Shown: positions 13,321-25,766 of the stretch, piece after piece
Position numbering within the stretch: position 1 is the stretch's first letter
How the letters are laid out: every line of letters begins with the position of its first letter
NCBI GenBank assembly: GCA_028023455.1
Contig: JAQFVV010000010.1
Span: 16,306,001 to 16,370,000, forward strand
Length of the DNA: 64,000 bases
From: Epiperipatus broadwayi
Taxonomy: Eukaryota; Animalia; Onychophora
Direction of reading: 5' to 3'
Notes under the pieces: model-generated
What the model was told of the DNA's origin: nothing
What the model saw: only the letters and a program-made list of their open reading frames with translations
Database searches by the model: none
Translations under genes and position numbers: made by a program

Positions 13321-14357
13321 GAAGATTTGATAAACAATATTAATTAGATTTTTCCCAACAAAATTTTTTTTAGATAATCAAAAAATATTACCTAAAAGGA
13401 AGTCCTTAACTAGAGTGGTTTGAAATTATTTTTGCTAAACTATTATTATATTTTTTAGAAAGAAAATTTATCCCCCCCCCCCCTTTAATATTAAAGGAAT
13501 GAAATGTTAAAATCTGTGCAATTCAATACAGTATTTTAAATTTTTTTATATAATTTTAATGAATTGTTTTAAGCCAGTTAATATTTATTTAGTAATATTA
13601 TCATATATATGTTGATCTATATTTCACAAATTAAAATAATTTAAATTATTTAATATCATTAATTGATATTTAAGGTAATGAAATCAGAGTTTCTCAATTT
13701 ATATACTTAATTTGACTATTACAACACATGTAATAAATTTAAAATACTAATACTTATGGGTATAGCATTTCTAAAAAAAATTTTTTTACAGAAACTTGCT
13801 TATATATAAAATATGTGTTTTTTTTAAAAAAAAAAAATTTTATACTTATTAATTTGATTATTAAAGCATATATAACAAACTACTATTAGTATTATATACA
13901 TAATATTTATAGAATTTGCTTGTAAAACATATCATTTGGCTATTATTACATATATGACTTATAAGATATGAAATATTGTGAATTTTTCCCAAAATGCAAA
14001 CTATCATGATAACTCATGAATTGTGCATTTTTACTTTAGCATTGTAACAGTTCAAAAAAAAAAAAAAAATTAAGCTAATAAATACTCCAAAAATAATCTC
14101 AATTGCACTCCTTAATCTAAACAGTTTTTTAAAAATATAATCAATAAACAGCAAAAAAAAAAACATTTATAAAATTAGCTGCAGATTGACAGAATAAAAC
14201 AAAACAAATGCCAGATTAATAATTTTCTTGAGTGTTTATAGAAGATCAATTACATTGAAATAAAGGATTTAACTTGAATTTCAGGAAAAATATTTTGCCT
14301 TCATGAGGAATGAAATGACAAGAAAAGAAAGATAAAGGAGATACTTTTTATTAACAG

Positions 14358-14448
14358 GAAAAACTATTTGCTTAATTGCCAAAATACTTATAAAGATGTA
14401 TATTTCATGGATTTCCATGATCTTTTACATCTTGGGAAACACAATCCA
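14358..14448 (+). CDS. Tentative internal exon of an unidentified host gene (KNYLLNCQNTYKDVYFMDFHDLLHLGKHNP)
   Basis: Acceptor tttttattaacag, donor gtaata, open frame with A/T-ending codons. No family recognised. Confidence 0.3.
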
Positions 14449-15765
14449 GTAATAATTTATATTATAATTATTGAAGATTATATTTGTAATAATCAAAAAA
14501 CATTCTTTTGTGAGCAAATTGTACAAATGTTATATACATCATACTATTAGTATTTTGTGTGCATGTTATGTGTATAAATATATGTTAATTGGTTTATATG
14601 TCAAATAATTAATCTTTATTTATTTATTTTATGCTAATATTTGGATTACAATATTTTTTTCAGAAATTTTCTCTTAAACTCCATAAAAATGCAATATGGT
14701 AAGAATATTTTTTAATTTTTTTAAAATTTAGGTAAATAATCTTCAGATAAATCAAATTGAATCACTATTACATAAAGCAATTCTAATTAAAGATAAAGGG
14801 CATTAAAAAAATACAGCTAAACTATTCACTTAGACAATTTTTTTCTTTAGATATTAAAAGAGAATCAAAGTTTAATTTTGTTATTGTAATTTGCAGTTTT
14901 TATAAAGATATTTAACACATATTCATGTTAAATGTTTTATTATGTGTTTTTTTTTTCAGTGAAGTATAACTAGATCAAAATATGTGTGATTTTGATGAAT
15001 AATCCAAAAAAATTATGAAAGCTTTTTTGTCAATTTTAAAGTATCTGCTTTTATTTGCTATTTTAAGATTATATTTTTCATTTATTTTTTTGAAAGTGCC
15101 TTTAAATCTTTTCCATTTTGGGATATAAATATGGTGTTGTCAACATGTCTAAAATTATTATTTCTGCCAATAATTGTCAAAACACAATGTCATTGTCAAA
15201 TCTTGCTTCTCTTGTTACATATTCAATAATAAAGTTGAAATGAGATCCAAAATGTAGTTAAAATCATTCTGTCATACAGGACGATATTCTTTTTAATAAC
15301 TTCTTTTCTCATGCAAGTACTATTGCCTTCTTTTTTTTTTTTTGGAGTTTTTTTTATTGAAACATTATTTTCAAACATTTTTTTAATGCAATATTTCAAA
15401 TACACAATATGTCTGTTAATGCTATCTTTTTTCATTTTTAAACTGATCCTTTCTATTTTAAAATAAATAGGTATATGTATAAATACAATATAATTATTTA
15501 TAATGTTTATAACCTTTAAATGTATCATTGCATTTTGCAAATATATCTAAATGTTAGATATCTTCTACTCATTCATAATAGGCTCTGTATAATAATATAG
15601 TAGAACTATTATGTTTGTGTTATTTGGTTCCAAGTCTTCATGCGGTTATTGAAACTCACAGATAGTACTCTGTATAATATAATTATATATATATATTATA
15701 TAATTCAAATTTGCATACATTTGGTCATCAGCATAATGAGGTGATTTCTTTCTTCTTTATAACTC

Positions 15766-15810
15766 AAAGCTGAGTTCACTTTCGATGAAATTTACCATAA
15801 TCATAATGCT
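15766..15810 (-). ncRNA. Type I hammerhead motif, A3-U8 variant (left-arm copy, partly decayed)
   Basis: Minus strand reads AGCATT ATGATTA T GGTAA-ATT-TCATC GAAA GTGAAC TC AGCTTT. Confidence 0.6.
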
Positions 15811-15960
15811 CTTAAATTAATTTTATTGTTGCTTTATAAATGTAATAAAGCAGCTTACAATTATCTAATAAATGGAATATTTAAATGAACAAATTTAAAT
15901 GAAAATGCATGCATAATTACATTGCCGTATAAATAAAGTAGCAACAATAATTAATTTAAG

Positions 15961-16005
15961 AGAGCTATGATTATGGTGAACTTTACTGAAAGTGCACTCA
16001 GCTTT
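15961..16005 (+). ncRNA. Type I hammerhead motif, A3-U8 variant
   Basis: AGAGCT ATGATTA T GGTGA-ACT-TTACT GAAA GTGCAC TC AGCTTT: 6-bp stem I, 5-bp stem II, palindromic stem III AGTGCACT, UC cleavage site. Confidence 0.75.
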
Positions 16006-16236
16006 AGGTTATAAAGAAGAAAGAAATCACTTCATTATGCAGGTGAACAAATTAAATTTATGCAAATTTGAATTATAAATACAAACAAAAGGAAAAATCA
16101 ATATATATAATGTAGATGTTTTTAACATGTATACACATAATGAGACATTAACAAAGAATTATGTGTTTTCCTAAAGGTTTGGGTGATGGTGTTCTAGTTG
16201 TATTTTTATTTTGGACTATTTCCACTATCTAATAGG

Positions 16237-17448
16237 TGTATTGAATGTCTTTAGAAAAAGTTAACTTTATTTAAATATTCCAAATACTTTCAACTGCTAG
16301 TAATGGCACATCAAACAGGTTAGTATATGCACAATGTTTCGAGAGGTATTATTCCCCTCTCTTTTTCCGGTGTTTCTGGCCTGACCAGTGACAGTACTAC
16401 CATGAAATTTGAACCTGGACCCATGTCTTGAATTGAAATTTTAAGATAATGCCATAAGCAATAGCCATCCTGCCAAAGGCAAGAGTGTAGTAATTTTATA
16501 TACTTATCTATGAGATTCCCCCTGATTTCTCCACTTTTTTCTAAGAGCAAAGTTGATTAGTGGTTTCCATACATTATGTATAGTCACACTAGGTTGGCTT
16601 ATGAGATTTTTTGCTATTGTCATGTGAGCAGCTTCTTTATTTTCTTCTTTGTACCTTTTCTTCTCTATCCAATATTTTTGTATTTTCCCAATTGAACATA
16701 TATGTTCATTGGTGCATACATGGTCGCTATCATAGACACGTCTGTTTTCTTTCTTCTAATCATCAGTTTGTGTTCTTGCAAATGCTTTTCAATGAGATAA
16801 CAGATCTCACCAATATATTTTTCCACATTCACATGGTATTTCATAGATGCAGGTTTGTTTGTTTTTTCAGCATTTCAAGCTTAGGCTTTATAGATTGTTA
16901 GAATTCCTGGTACGGTTAAATGGTCCTGGAAAGCTGTTCTGTTGTTATACTGATTGCAGATTTTCCTTAATTTGTTTGCTATTTTTGAATGTATGGGTAC
17001 AATACAGTGCCAATAATTGTCTTTTCTAATGATGGTTTTTTTTAATGTCTATTTAACGTTTTCTTACTAACAGCTGATGGATAACCATTTTTCATAAGAG
17101 TTTGTTCTATATAGATCTTTTCTTTTTTCAAATCTCTGGTTTCTGAACAAACTTCTTTTGCTCTGTTCCATAGTGATAGTATAATTTTGGGTTTTTGGTA
17201 TGATTGCCCACCTAAGAATGCCAATTTTTGTTCTTGTTCTGATTCTATTGTCAATTTAATTGAAGTGGAGATATTGTTGGTGTGTTTCCAGAAAATTTAT
17301 AGCAGTGCTTTACCATGCGGCCATACAACAAATGTATCATCCACATAGCGAAGCTAAACTTTAGGTGAATATGGAGTAGTTTTTATGGCTAAGGTTTCCA
17401 GTTCTTCCATGTAATTATTGTTAATCAGGGGAAACAATGGTGAGCCAT
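16237..17448 (-). mobile_element. Penelope-like element, left arm of a 2.47-kb palindrome (RT C-half, GIY-YIG, 3' region)
   Basis: ORF 17042-17254 has TIESEQEQKLAFL and NGYP. Remnant IYEIPCECGK..IGE. It is the reverse complement of 17479-18705. Confidence 0.9.
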
Positions 17449-18470
17449 AACACGGAATTCTTCCAACAAAACTAAGGAATGGCTATGGGCACACCATTGT
17501 CTCCCCTGATTAGCAACATTTACATGGAAGAACTTGAAAGCTTAGCCATAAAAACTACTCCATATCAACCTAAAGTTTGGCTTTGCTATGTGTTGATACA
17601 TTTGTTGTATGGCCACATAGTGAAGCACTGCTACAAACTTTCTGAACAGTATGTCCCCTTTCAATTAAATTCACAATAGAATCAGAACAAGAACAAAAAT
17701 TTGCTTTCTTAGATGTTCTTGTGACATGACTTCCTCATGGCAAAATCAAAAGTACAGTTTACTGAACACCTACACATATAGGAAAATATCTAGCCTATAC
17801 ATTCAATCACAGCAGAAATACAAAACATGGAGTTATATTATCACTATGGAACAGAGCAAAAGAAATTTATTCAGAAATCAGCGATTTGGAAAAAGACAAT
17901 ATTCATCTGCTGTTATTAAGAAAATGTTAAATAGACAACAAAAAGAACCATCAAGAGAAAAGACAATTATTGATACTGTGGTGTATCCATACATTCCAAA
18001 AAATAGCTAGCAAATTAAGGAAAATCTGCAATCAGTATAACATAACAGTTTTCCAACATCTCTACAAAGCCTAAACTTGAAATGCTGAAAAGAAATCTAT
18101 GAAATACCATGTGAATGTGGAAGAACAATTATTGGTGAGACCAGTCGTTTCATTGAAAAGTGCTTGCAAGAACACAAACTGATGATTAGAAGAGAGAAAA
18201 CAGATGTGTCTAAGGTGGCAGATCATGTATGTGCCAATAAACATACGTTCAATTGGAAAATACATAAATATTGGATAGAGAAAAAAAGGTACAAAGAAGA
18301 AAATTTAAAGATGCTGCTCACATGATAATGCAAAAAATCCCATATCCAACCTAGTGTGGCTATACATAATCTACAGAAACCATTAATCAACTTTGTTCTT
18401 AGGAAAAAATGGAGAAATCAGGAGGAACCTCATAGATAAGCATATGAAATTACTACAGACTGTTGCCTTT

Positions 18471-18553
18471 GGCAGGATGAATCAGTTAATTATAGCATTA
18501 TCTTAAAATTTAATACTCAATAATCTAAGGGTCCAGGTTCGAATCCCATGCTA
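18471..18553 (+). other. tRNA-like Pol III A-box/B-box module within the PLE 3' region
   Basis: GGCAGGATG[A/G]..CAGTT..TTATAGCA followed by GGTTCGAATCCC. Mirrored in the left arm (minus strand GGCAGGATGGCT...GGTTCAAAT). The cloverleaf is imperfect. Confidence 0.45.
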
Positions 18554-18578
18554 GTGCTGTCACTGGTCAGGCCAGCAA

Positions 18579-18621
18579 CAACTAAAGAAGAGGGGAGAAT
18601 AATACCTCTCGAAATGTTGTG
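18579..18621 (+). ncRNA. Minimal PLE hammerhead motif (decayed; mirror copy at 16330-16372 on the minus strand)
   Basis: The two-arm consensus is CAC CTGAAGA A GAGAGG-N9-CCTCTC GAAA CG TT GTG. Each copy has core mutations (CTAAAGA; CGGAAAA). Confidence 0.65.
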
Positions 18622-18949
18622 TATACTAACCTTTTTGATGTGTTATTACTAACAGTTGAATATATTTGGAATAAAAGTTAAATTTTTCTAAAGGCATTCA
18701 ATACAAATAATTCTAGTAATATTTATTGAAGTATAACCTTAAGACTATGCGCCTGAAAAAATATTTCTTTTTTTTTTTTTACAATTTCACAAAAATTCGT
18801 TTTTGTTGAATATTTGGCCAGTTTCAGCATACTTTTTTTTTTTTTGTAAACAATATATTACAACAAATCACTTAATTTGCCTATTCACACAATATAAAGT
18901 AAAGAGCGGCCTTTTATTCTAGTATAATCTACTATAAGCTTCTCAACAG

Positions 18950-19057
18950 TATTCAGTGATGACCAGACCTTTTGTTCATTTAAATCTCCATCCTCAGATC
19001 GGTTTTTGCCTTTATCAATGGGGCTTTCTGTTTCTGAGGTGGAAGCAGTATAGTCAA
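18950..19057 (+). CDS. Tentative phase-0 exon (YSVMTRPFVHLNLHPQIGFCLYQWGFLFLRWKQYSQ)
   Basis: Acceptor tctcaacag, donor gtaagt, 108 bp open in frame, locally higher GC. An overlapping minus-strand ORF (18885-19091) is an alternative reading. Confidence 0.35.
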
Positions 19058-20697
19058 GTAAGTATTCACAATTGTCTAATTTAAACTTCATTTTACTGTT
19101 TAAGCTAAAAAATCGATTTTAATTGCAAATCAGCCTGTTTGAAAAGATGTTTGATAATCACTAATTATTCAAGTTTATTTATAGTAAATAGCACTATAGT
19201 AGAGGGCTGCTTTTATTTTATCATATTCTATGAAGTGGAGAATTAAGTCAAGTTGAAATAATATTACTCTTCTAGCAGGTTGACTTGGTTTCAAAACTTA
19301 GATTGATATGAATTTCTAGATTTTTAGCTTGAATAATAAATGGAGTAAATGTGGATACTAGGTGCTTGAATGCATTGCTTCCAGTTTTGAATCCTAAAGG
19401 TGTATTGATAAAGATAAAAACTAGAAACTGGTTTGAGAATCAGGATTTAAACGTGATAATATATCTGGTAATTATTAAGTATTCAAAATTATAATGGATG
19501 TACTAGAGTAGAAAGATGCTTTTGTTTTTGTTTAAATTATTTTATCTCATAATGGAAATACATCACAGCTTCTGTTAGGTATAAAAGAATTGCTACTACA
19601 TTTAATATTGTACTTTGAAGCCATTTTAAATGAAATTTTAACATTCTAATTCGAGCAGAGAAATGATGCTTTTGTTGAAATTGCAACATCATGAATGTGT
19701 GAGACAAGCTATTATACAGTAAAATTTATGAATTTTGTTTATTTAATATTTTATCCCAAATAAGAGTTTTGAGTGAATAAATATGGCAGTCCTATTTCAT
19801 TTAATAATCGCATTTGTTCAGACACTTTAGATTATTGTTGCATTTTGTGCTTTTTTTATAGCTGGAATTGTTGAGTTATTATCAAAAATAAATGGTTTGA
19901 TGTAGTAGTAGTAGAATGGCAAACTGGAGTTTAAAATTCATTGATTGTGCCCAGCTCTGCCACTTATGATATTTGAACTTATTTATGAATCCCTGAGTAA
20001 TAAAGATATTTGATTATTTTAATGATAATTCTTTTTGACTAAAATCTAAATAGAAAATTTGAAAAAGGAATAAAATTTCAAACAGAAACAGCTGATGACT
20101 TTTATATTTTTAAATATTACTTGATATATGAAAATTTTATTTGTTATGACATTTTAATAAATAACCCTGAAATTTGTCTCTGAATTTTTAATGGTATATA
20201 TATATATTAAACTTTTTTTTATATAATTCATCTCAAAGTGTAGTGATAGTAGATCTGATGGCTATCCATATGATCTGAGATTTTTTTTCAGGTTTCAACA
20301 AGGTTTACTGTTTTTCTTTCAGATAGATAGCACATCAGTCTATCGATTATTGTTCAGTAAATAATTATCTATCTAAAATAACGAAGATAAAATATAAATA
20401 TTCACCATTCAGAAAATAGAATCTCTTTTCTGCCACTATTTCTCTGTAAAATAATGCTGGAAAGGCCTTGACCCATTGTTGTCAGCTATTTAAATACTAT
20501 TACCATATTTAACATTTATCATTTTTTAATATATTAAAACAATAAATGGGACATTTTTTAATTAATCAGTAATAATACTTTCTGTAAAGAAAAAATATTT
20601 TTTAAGAGACTTGATTTTATATATATAAGGTTAAATGATACAGACATTGTAAAGATAATTCTGAGTATATTAAATTTTATTGCATTACTTAGATATT

Positions 20698-20861
20698 GAC
20701 TGCAGAAAGGAATTTGGTGTTAACTGAAAGGAGACTCTTTGATTCCTCTTGGAGACCTTAAAGGAACTGAGCAGGGAAAATTTCTTAATATCCACTCCAT
20801 ATGTTCTCATAGTTACAACTGTTATTATTACGTGATTATTTATATAGTATATGAACATGGA
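20698..20861 (+). ncRNA. Decayed HDV-like ribozyme of RTE copy C
   Basis: GACTGCA...TCCAT ATG TTCTCAT AGT TACAACT GT...TGAAC ATGGA. The catalytic C position reads T. Confidence 0.65.
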
Positions 20862-23794
20862 TGAGCTGCTCATCAACACGCATTAGTCCAATATGGTAAA
20901 TTTATTAGCTTTTTATCTCTGAGGATAAGTTCATGAAGCACATGTCTTCACAGTTGTCTGGTAGCTCTTATCTATAATCAATTGAGTTTTCTTGAAGGCA
21001 AAATGAATGTGTGTGTGAATGTTTTTTTTTTTTTTTTCTAATATAATCATAACAGACAAATAAATCATGACACTTAAATTCCAGGAGGTTATAAAGTTGC
21101 TAGTCAAGGCAGCGGTTGATGGCCAAAGATGGAGGATGCTAAGAATTTCTGATTTGATGACAACCTTTTATTTATGTATGTACAACTGCAAATCACTTTC
21201 AAGTGAAGGAAGATTGCAAGAATTGGAAGAACTGTCTCATATTAAATAGGACATTATTCGACTGTGATATTAGAAGAAAAGATAAAGAGACTATTGATTT
21301 AAAAAGCTGACATGTATTATACTATAAAGGAACAAACATTGGAAATACAGGTGGAGTAAGATTTATTGTAAATAAAAAGTGAAGACCAACATTGTGGAGA
21401 TTGATAGTGTATCAGACAGAGTGGCAAGATTATTCAACTTAATAGCAGATACCAATTGCAGATAATTCAGGCTTATGCCCCAACAAGTTCTTATAGTGAT
21501 GAGAGAATAGGGGATTTTTATATAAATGTACAAAAGGCTTTTAATTATACAAGATTTTAAAATTGTCATAGAAGACTTTAATGCTAGAATTGGTAAATGT
21601 TTGAGAAATGACAATGCTGCAAATTAATTTGGTTTTGATGATAGAAATGAGAGAGATCATAAACATAGGGTTTGTAGAAAAAGAAAACTGTTATGAATTC
21701 TTTTTAAAGAGAAAAATGTTAAATGGAATGGATATAAAAGCATCCAAATAAAGGTGCAGCAGAATTGGATTATATTTTGACTAATAGAAAATATGTATTT
21801 CAAGAATGTAATGTTTTTAATTAATTCAACACAGGAAGTGATCATCTATTAGTGAGATGTAAGGTACATGTTAATGCAAAACTAGAAACAACAATGATTA
21901 AAAATAAAGTATTCACAGTTGATATTTCTGATTTTCAGAAACATTCCAATGAATTTAAATTAGAACTTGCAAATCATTTTTAAATATTAACGTATTTTGA
22001 ACATGATTAAAATTTAAATGAAATCAATAGGAAAATAACATACATTTTTAAAAACTGCAATAGAGATAGTTGGTCAAAAAAAAACAGCAATTGTCCAGTA
22101 AAATTTCTACTGAGACAACAATTTATGAAGAAAAGAAGGAGTATGAAAATATATAAAAGTGAGTGCTAAGAAGGATTGAATATTTCCAATTTTGTAAAAT
22201 GGTGCAAAAAAGAATTGATAATAATATAAGAAAATATAATTTGAACTAGCACTATAGAAGAGAATAAAAGTCTCAAGAGTATAAAACATTTTGGTATTGA
22301 TAGGAAACTTATTTCAGCAACAAGAAAGAAAGATCAAATTATCACTAAAAAGAAAGATGATATCATGAAATGTAAAAGGAATGAAAAGTATCTTCTACAA
22401 TTATTATATCTTCTGAATTGTTTAGGATTTTAAATAAAGAAATGAGAAATGCAATTAAATTTATGAAGAAGAAAAAACTCTTATGTAATATTGGAATTAT
22501 AATTATTATCTTAAAAGAAATGAGAAGAAAGAATAGAGAAAAAATTTTTAATTGTCTAAATGATAAAGATGAACCAGATGATTGGAAGCATGCTGTATTA
22601 ATATTTTAAAGTGTGATAAAGAAGATATTAGAAATTACAGACCTATCAATCCTTTATCAGTTCTGTGCAAAGTTTTTACCAAAATAATTACAACTCACCT
22701 ATAGAGAACCAACCAAAAGAACAAGCTGGATTTAAAATTGGTTTTATTACAATGGATCATATCCAAGTATTGAGAGAAATTACAGGAAGAACCAAGGAAT
22801 ATGAGTTGCCATTATGCTTTGGATTTGTAGATTATGAAAAAGCATTTGATTCTACAAGCATTTCTTCAGTGATTAAAGCATTAGATTATCAAGGTATAGA
22901 CCCAGGATATTGTCATATTCTTAAAAATATTTATAAAAATGTAACAGCAACAATTAGATTGCATAATGATACTAAAAAGATTAACATTGAAAAGGATTGT
23001 TGACAGGGTGACCCAATATCTCTAAAACTTTTTACAGCAATTTTGCAAGAAGTATTTTGTGGATTAAAATAGGAAGCTAGAGGAGTAAAAGTAAATAAAG
23101 ATTATTTAAATCATTAAATTTTGCAAATGATGTAGTTGTTTTTGTAAATAATACTTTAGAGTTTCAAAAAATGTTGCAAGAGTTATCAAATGAAAGTAAG
23201 AAAGTAGGATTAAAGATAAATATTAAAAAGACTAAAGTAATGTTCAAAGGATTTTCTTAAAAGAAGGAAATAAAAGATTGATAATAATGAGTTAGAATAA
23301 GTTAAAAACTTAAATATCTTGGTCAGATTATTACTACAGATAGAAACATAATGGATGAAATTAATCATAGAATTAAACTTGGATGAAATGCTTTTGGTAG
23401 AAATAATTTAATATTAAAAGGAAATATGCCTATGTGTTTGAAAAGGAATGTTTTTAATAAATGTGTTACCAGTTTTTACTTACAGATCTGAGACTTTGAC
23501 ATTAAACAGAAGAGCAATACAGACTTCAGACTGCTCAATGAAGTATGGAGAGATGTATGTTTAGGAGTAATAAGAAATTGAAAACAAAATACATGGGTGA
23601 GAGAATAAAAAAATGTTAATGACATCATTGAAAAAAAAAGAAACTGAAATGGAGTTGGACTGGACATATATGAAATGGATGGATGAAGTACGGAAGTGTA
23701 CTGGAGTGATATGGAGAAATCTGAGATGGATTGAACTTGGAGAGATCTTAATCTTGAAGTGAATCAATAATGGTTGAAAATAATGATGATAATG
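20698..23794 (+). mobile_element. RTE-clade LINE, copy C: full-length (~3.1 kb), heavily decayed
   Basis: 5' ribozyme region, APE, RT (QPKEQAGF, FVDYEKAFDS, QGDPIS, ADD region) and (GAT)n tail. Degenerate TSD ACTTAGATATT (20687-20697) vs ACTTTAGATATATT (23795-23808). Confidence 0.92.
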
Positions 23795-24189
23795 ACTTTA
23801 GATATATTGCTGAATTATATCATTTATTATCTAAATATTTAGTGCCTAAACCAATTTTTAATTAATCTTTTATTAATTATTTTTGAAATTATAAACAAAA
23901 ACATAGCTGTATGTGAATTTATATCATGGATTTAAATCACACTAAATACTTGTGCAAATGTATCTGGTACTCTTTAAGAAAATTTTGATGCCTTATATTG
24001 TCTATATATATATATATATATATGTAACATGTTCACTCAAGCACACACATAACACATTCACATGTAGATATTTATGAAAATTATATCATTATGAACATTT
24101 AAAAAAATGTTAACACTACTCCATTTGTATTCATAGGTGATTACTTATTATTCTATATAGAAAGAAAATTATTATATTTTAAATACAAA

Positions 24190-24470
24190 ATTTATATTTC
24201 AGGGTTTTGATTTGATAAAGTTTTGAATTAATTCATCTATATCGATTATTGCAATTTCAAGCGCTGTAGATATTATTGCTAGATCTATAAGCTATTCTTG
24301 AGCCAAATTAATTTTGAAAACTTCTTTCTGAATTTGATACTGGCAGTGTTGCAAAAAGTTTCAGAGCTGTAAACAAACATATTTAGAACATTTTTGCATA
24401 TGTATGACAGAATATATAATGAACTATTTTCTGAAATTTGCCATCATTATTTATAATTCAAATCTTTTCT
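24190..24470 (-). mobile_element. hAT transposase remnant (C-terminal dimerization domain)
   Basis: Minus strand gives ALKLFATLPVS..SERSFSKL..LKN.L...IDIDELIQNF, with frameshifts. Confidence 0.65.
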
Positions 24471-25716
24471 GTTAATATCTTGGTACTCCTAAGGTTTAGA
24501 AATAAAAAGTATGGAATGTTTTATATATAGTTTTATCATTTAGTTGTCTATGTGGAGAATGCATATGTGACTGTAATTCTTGAACACAAAGTATGCATCC
24601 TCTTTAAACGACTTTTGACTTGTATTCACTATTGATATATATATAGGTTACATCTATAACGATAATATCTTAATTTAATTTGAAAAATTAATAAAATCCA
24701 ATGTAAGACCGTTTTACTTGTGGTATTTGATTTATTTTTTGATTACTATATATTTATTTTTTTTTTAAATTAAATAGTCTATCCGATGTAAATTAGATCT
24801 TTTTTAAAAAATAAAGTCTGCATACTATTATTATTTTCATGCGTAAAATAGTGGTATATCAAGAAGAAATTGTATTTTATTTGATGATAAGCAATTTGAC
24901 ATGTAAAAGCAGTAGCAGTTTTAACGTGTTTATATCACTATAGAAACAAGTAATCAATTTTTCGAAAAATGGAGTAATATATACATTTTTTACTTGGGAT
25001 TGGCGAAATTATTTTATTTATGTGAATGGTTTTTTTTTTTTCTAACCATGTTGAAATTTTTATTATAGAGGATATAGTAAAAAGATATAAGCTTAACAAA
25101 CATTTCGTTGCAAAATCAGTTTGTATATCCATACGCTTAATGTAGATGCATGTGTGTGAACTTAGACATTGATATAATGTTTAGATTTTTTTATTTATTT
25201 CTAAAAATGAATTAACTTTAACATATAATAATGTATATATTTATAAATAATTAATCTCCAGAAGTAATTTTCTTTTCTAGAAATTTTTGTATATATGAAT
25301 CTAAATGTAAGGTTAGGGAAAGCGAAGACATCCCATAAGTCTTCCTAAAATAATTACTACGCATCTTCAGGTTATATAGTTGACAGTAACTATAGCAACA
25401 AGTATTTTTAAAAAAATGTTGTCTGAGTGTTGCTGAAATTATGAATAGCTTTATTTGTTAAATCATTATTGTGCGCGTTTATGTACAAAATGTATTATAC
25501 GTACAAACTAGTTTGAAGTGATTAACTTAAAAAAAAAAAAAAGATGAGCGGTGGGGGTATTTGATTTTAAAAAGTTAAAAAAAAAAAGAAGCAATACTGT
25601 ATAAATTAAATGAGTGTACATTTAAAAAATATATATACTCCTTTTTTAAGAATTGAGGGAAATAACTTTTTATACCTTGGTCAATAAGATAAAACTAAAT
25701 TCTTTTTTATACAGGA

Positions 25717-25766
25717 ATGACAGAGAAGAAAGAGATAAACATTCAAAATAAAAGTAGAAGTTCATT
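25717..25766 (+). CDS. Tentative first coding exon (MTEKKEINIQNKSRSS)
   Basis: Acceptor ttttttatacag ends at 25714, ATG at 25717, donor gtatgt at 25767. Its phase is compatible with 26078-26135. Confidence 0.25.

Larger units (their letters stand above)
15699..16077. mobile_element. Fold-back element (family B), ~140-bp arms, each carrying an ATGATTA-core hammerhead
   Basis: 15699-15840 is the reverse complement of ~15930-16077, with a ~90-bp spacer. A homolog lies at 32703-32837. Confidence 0.85.
17450..18705 (+). mobile_element. Penelope-like element, right arm (5'-truncated in the RT; GIY-YIG; 3' region)
   Basis: EFFQQ..GMAMGTPLSPLISNIYMEELE, then decayed YVDD and thumb regions, then IYEIPCECGRTIIGETSR...LQEH. 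Confidence 0.9.

Noticed and set aside
18885-19091. 68-aa minus-strand ORF as a standalone gene
   Set aside because: No supporting splice or start context. The plus strand has better splice signals, although strand remains unresolved.
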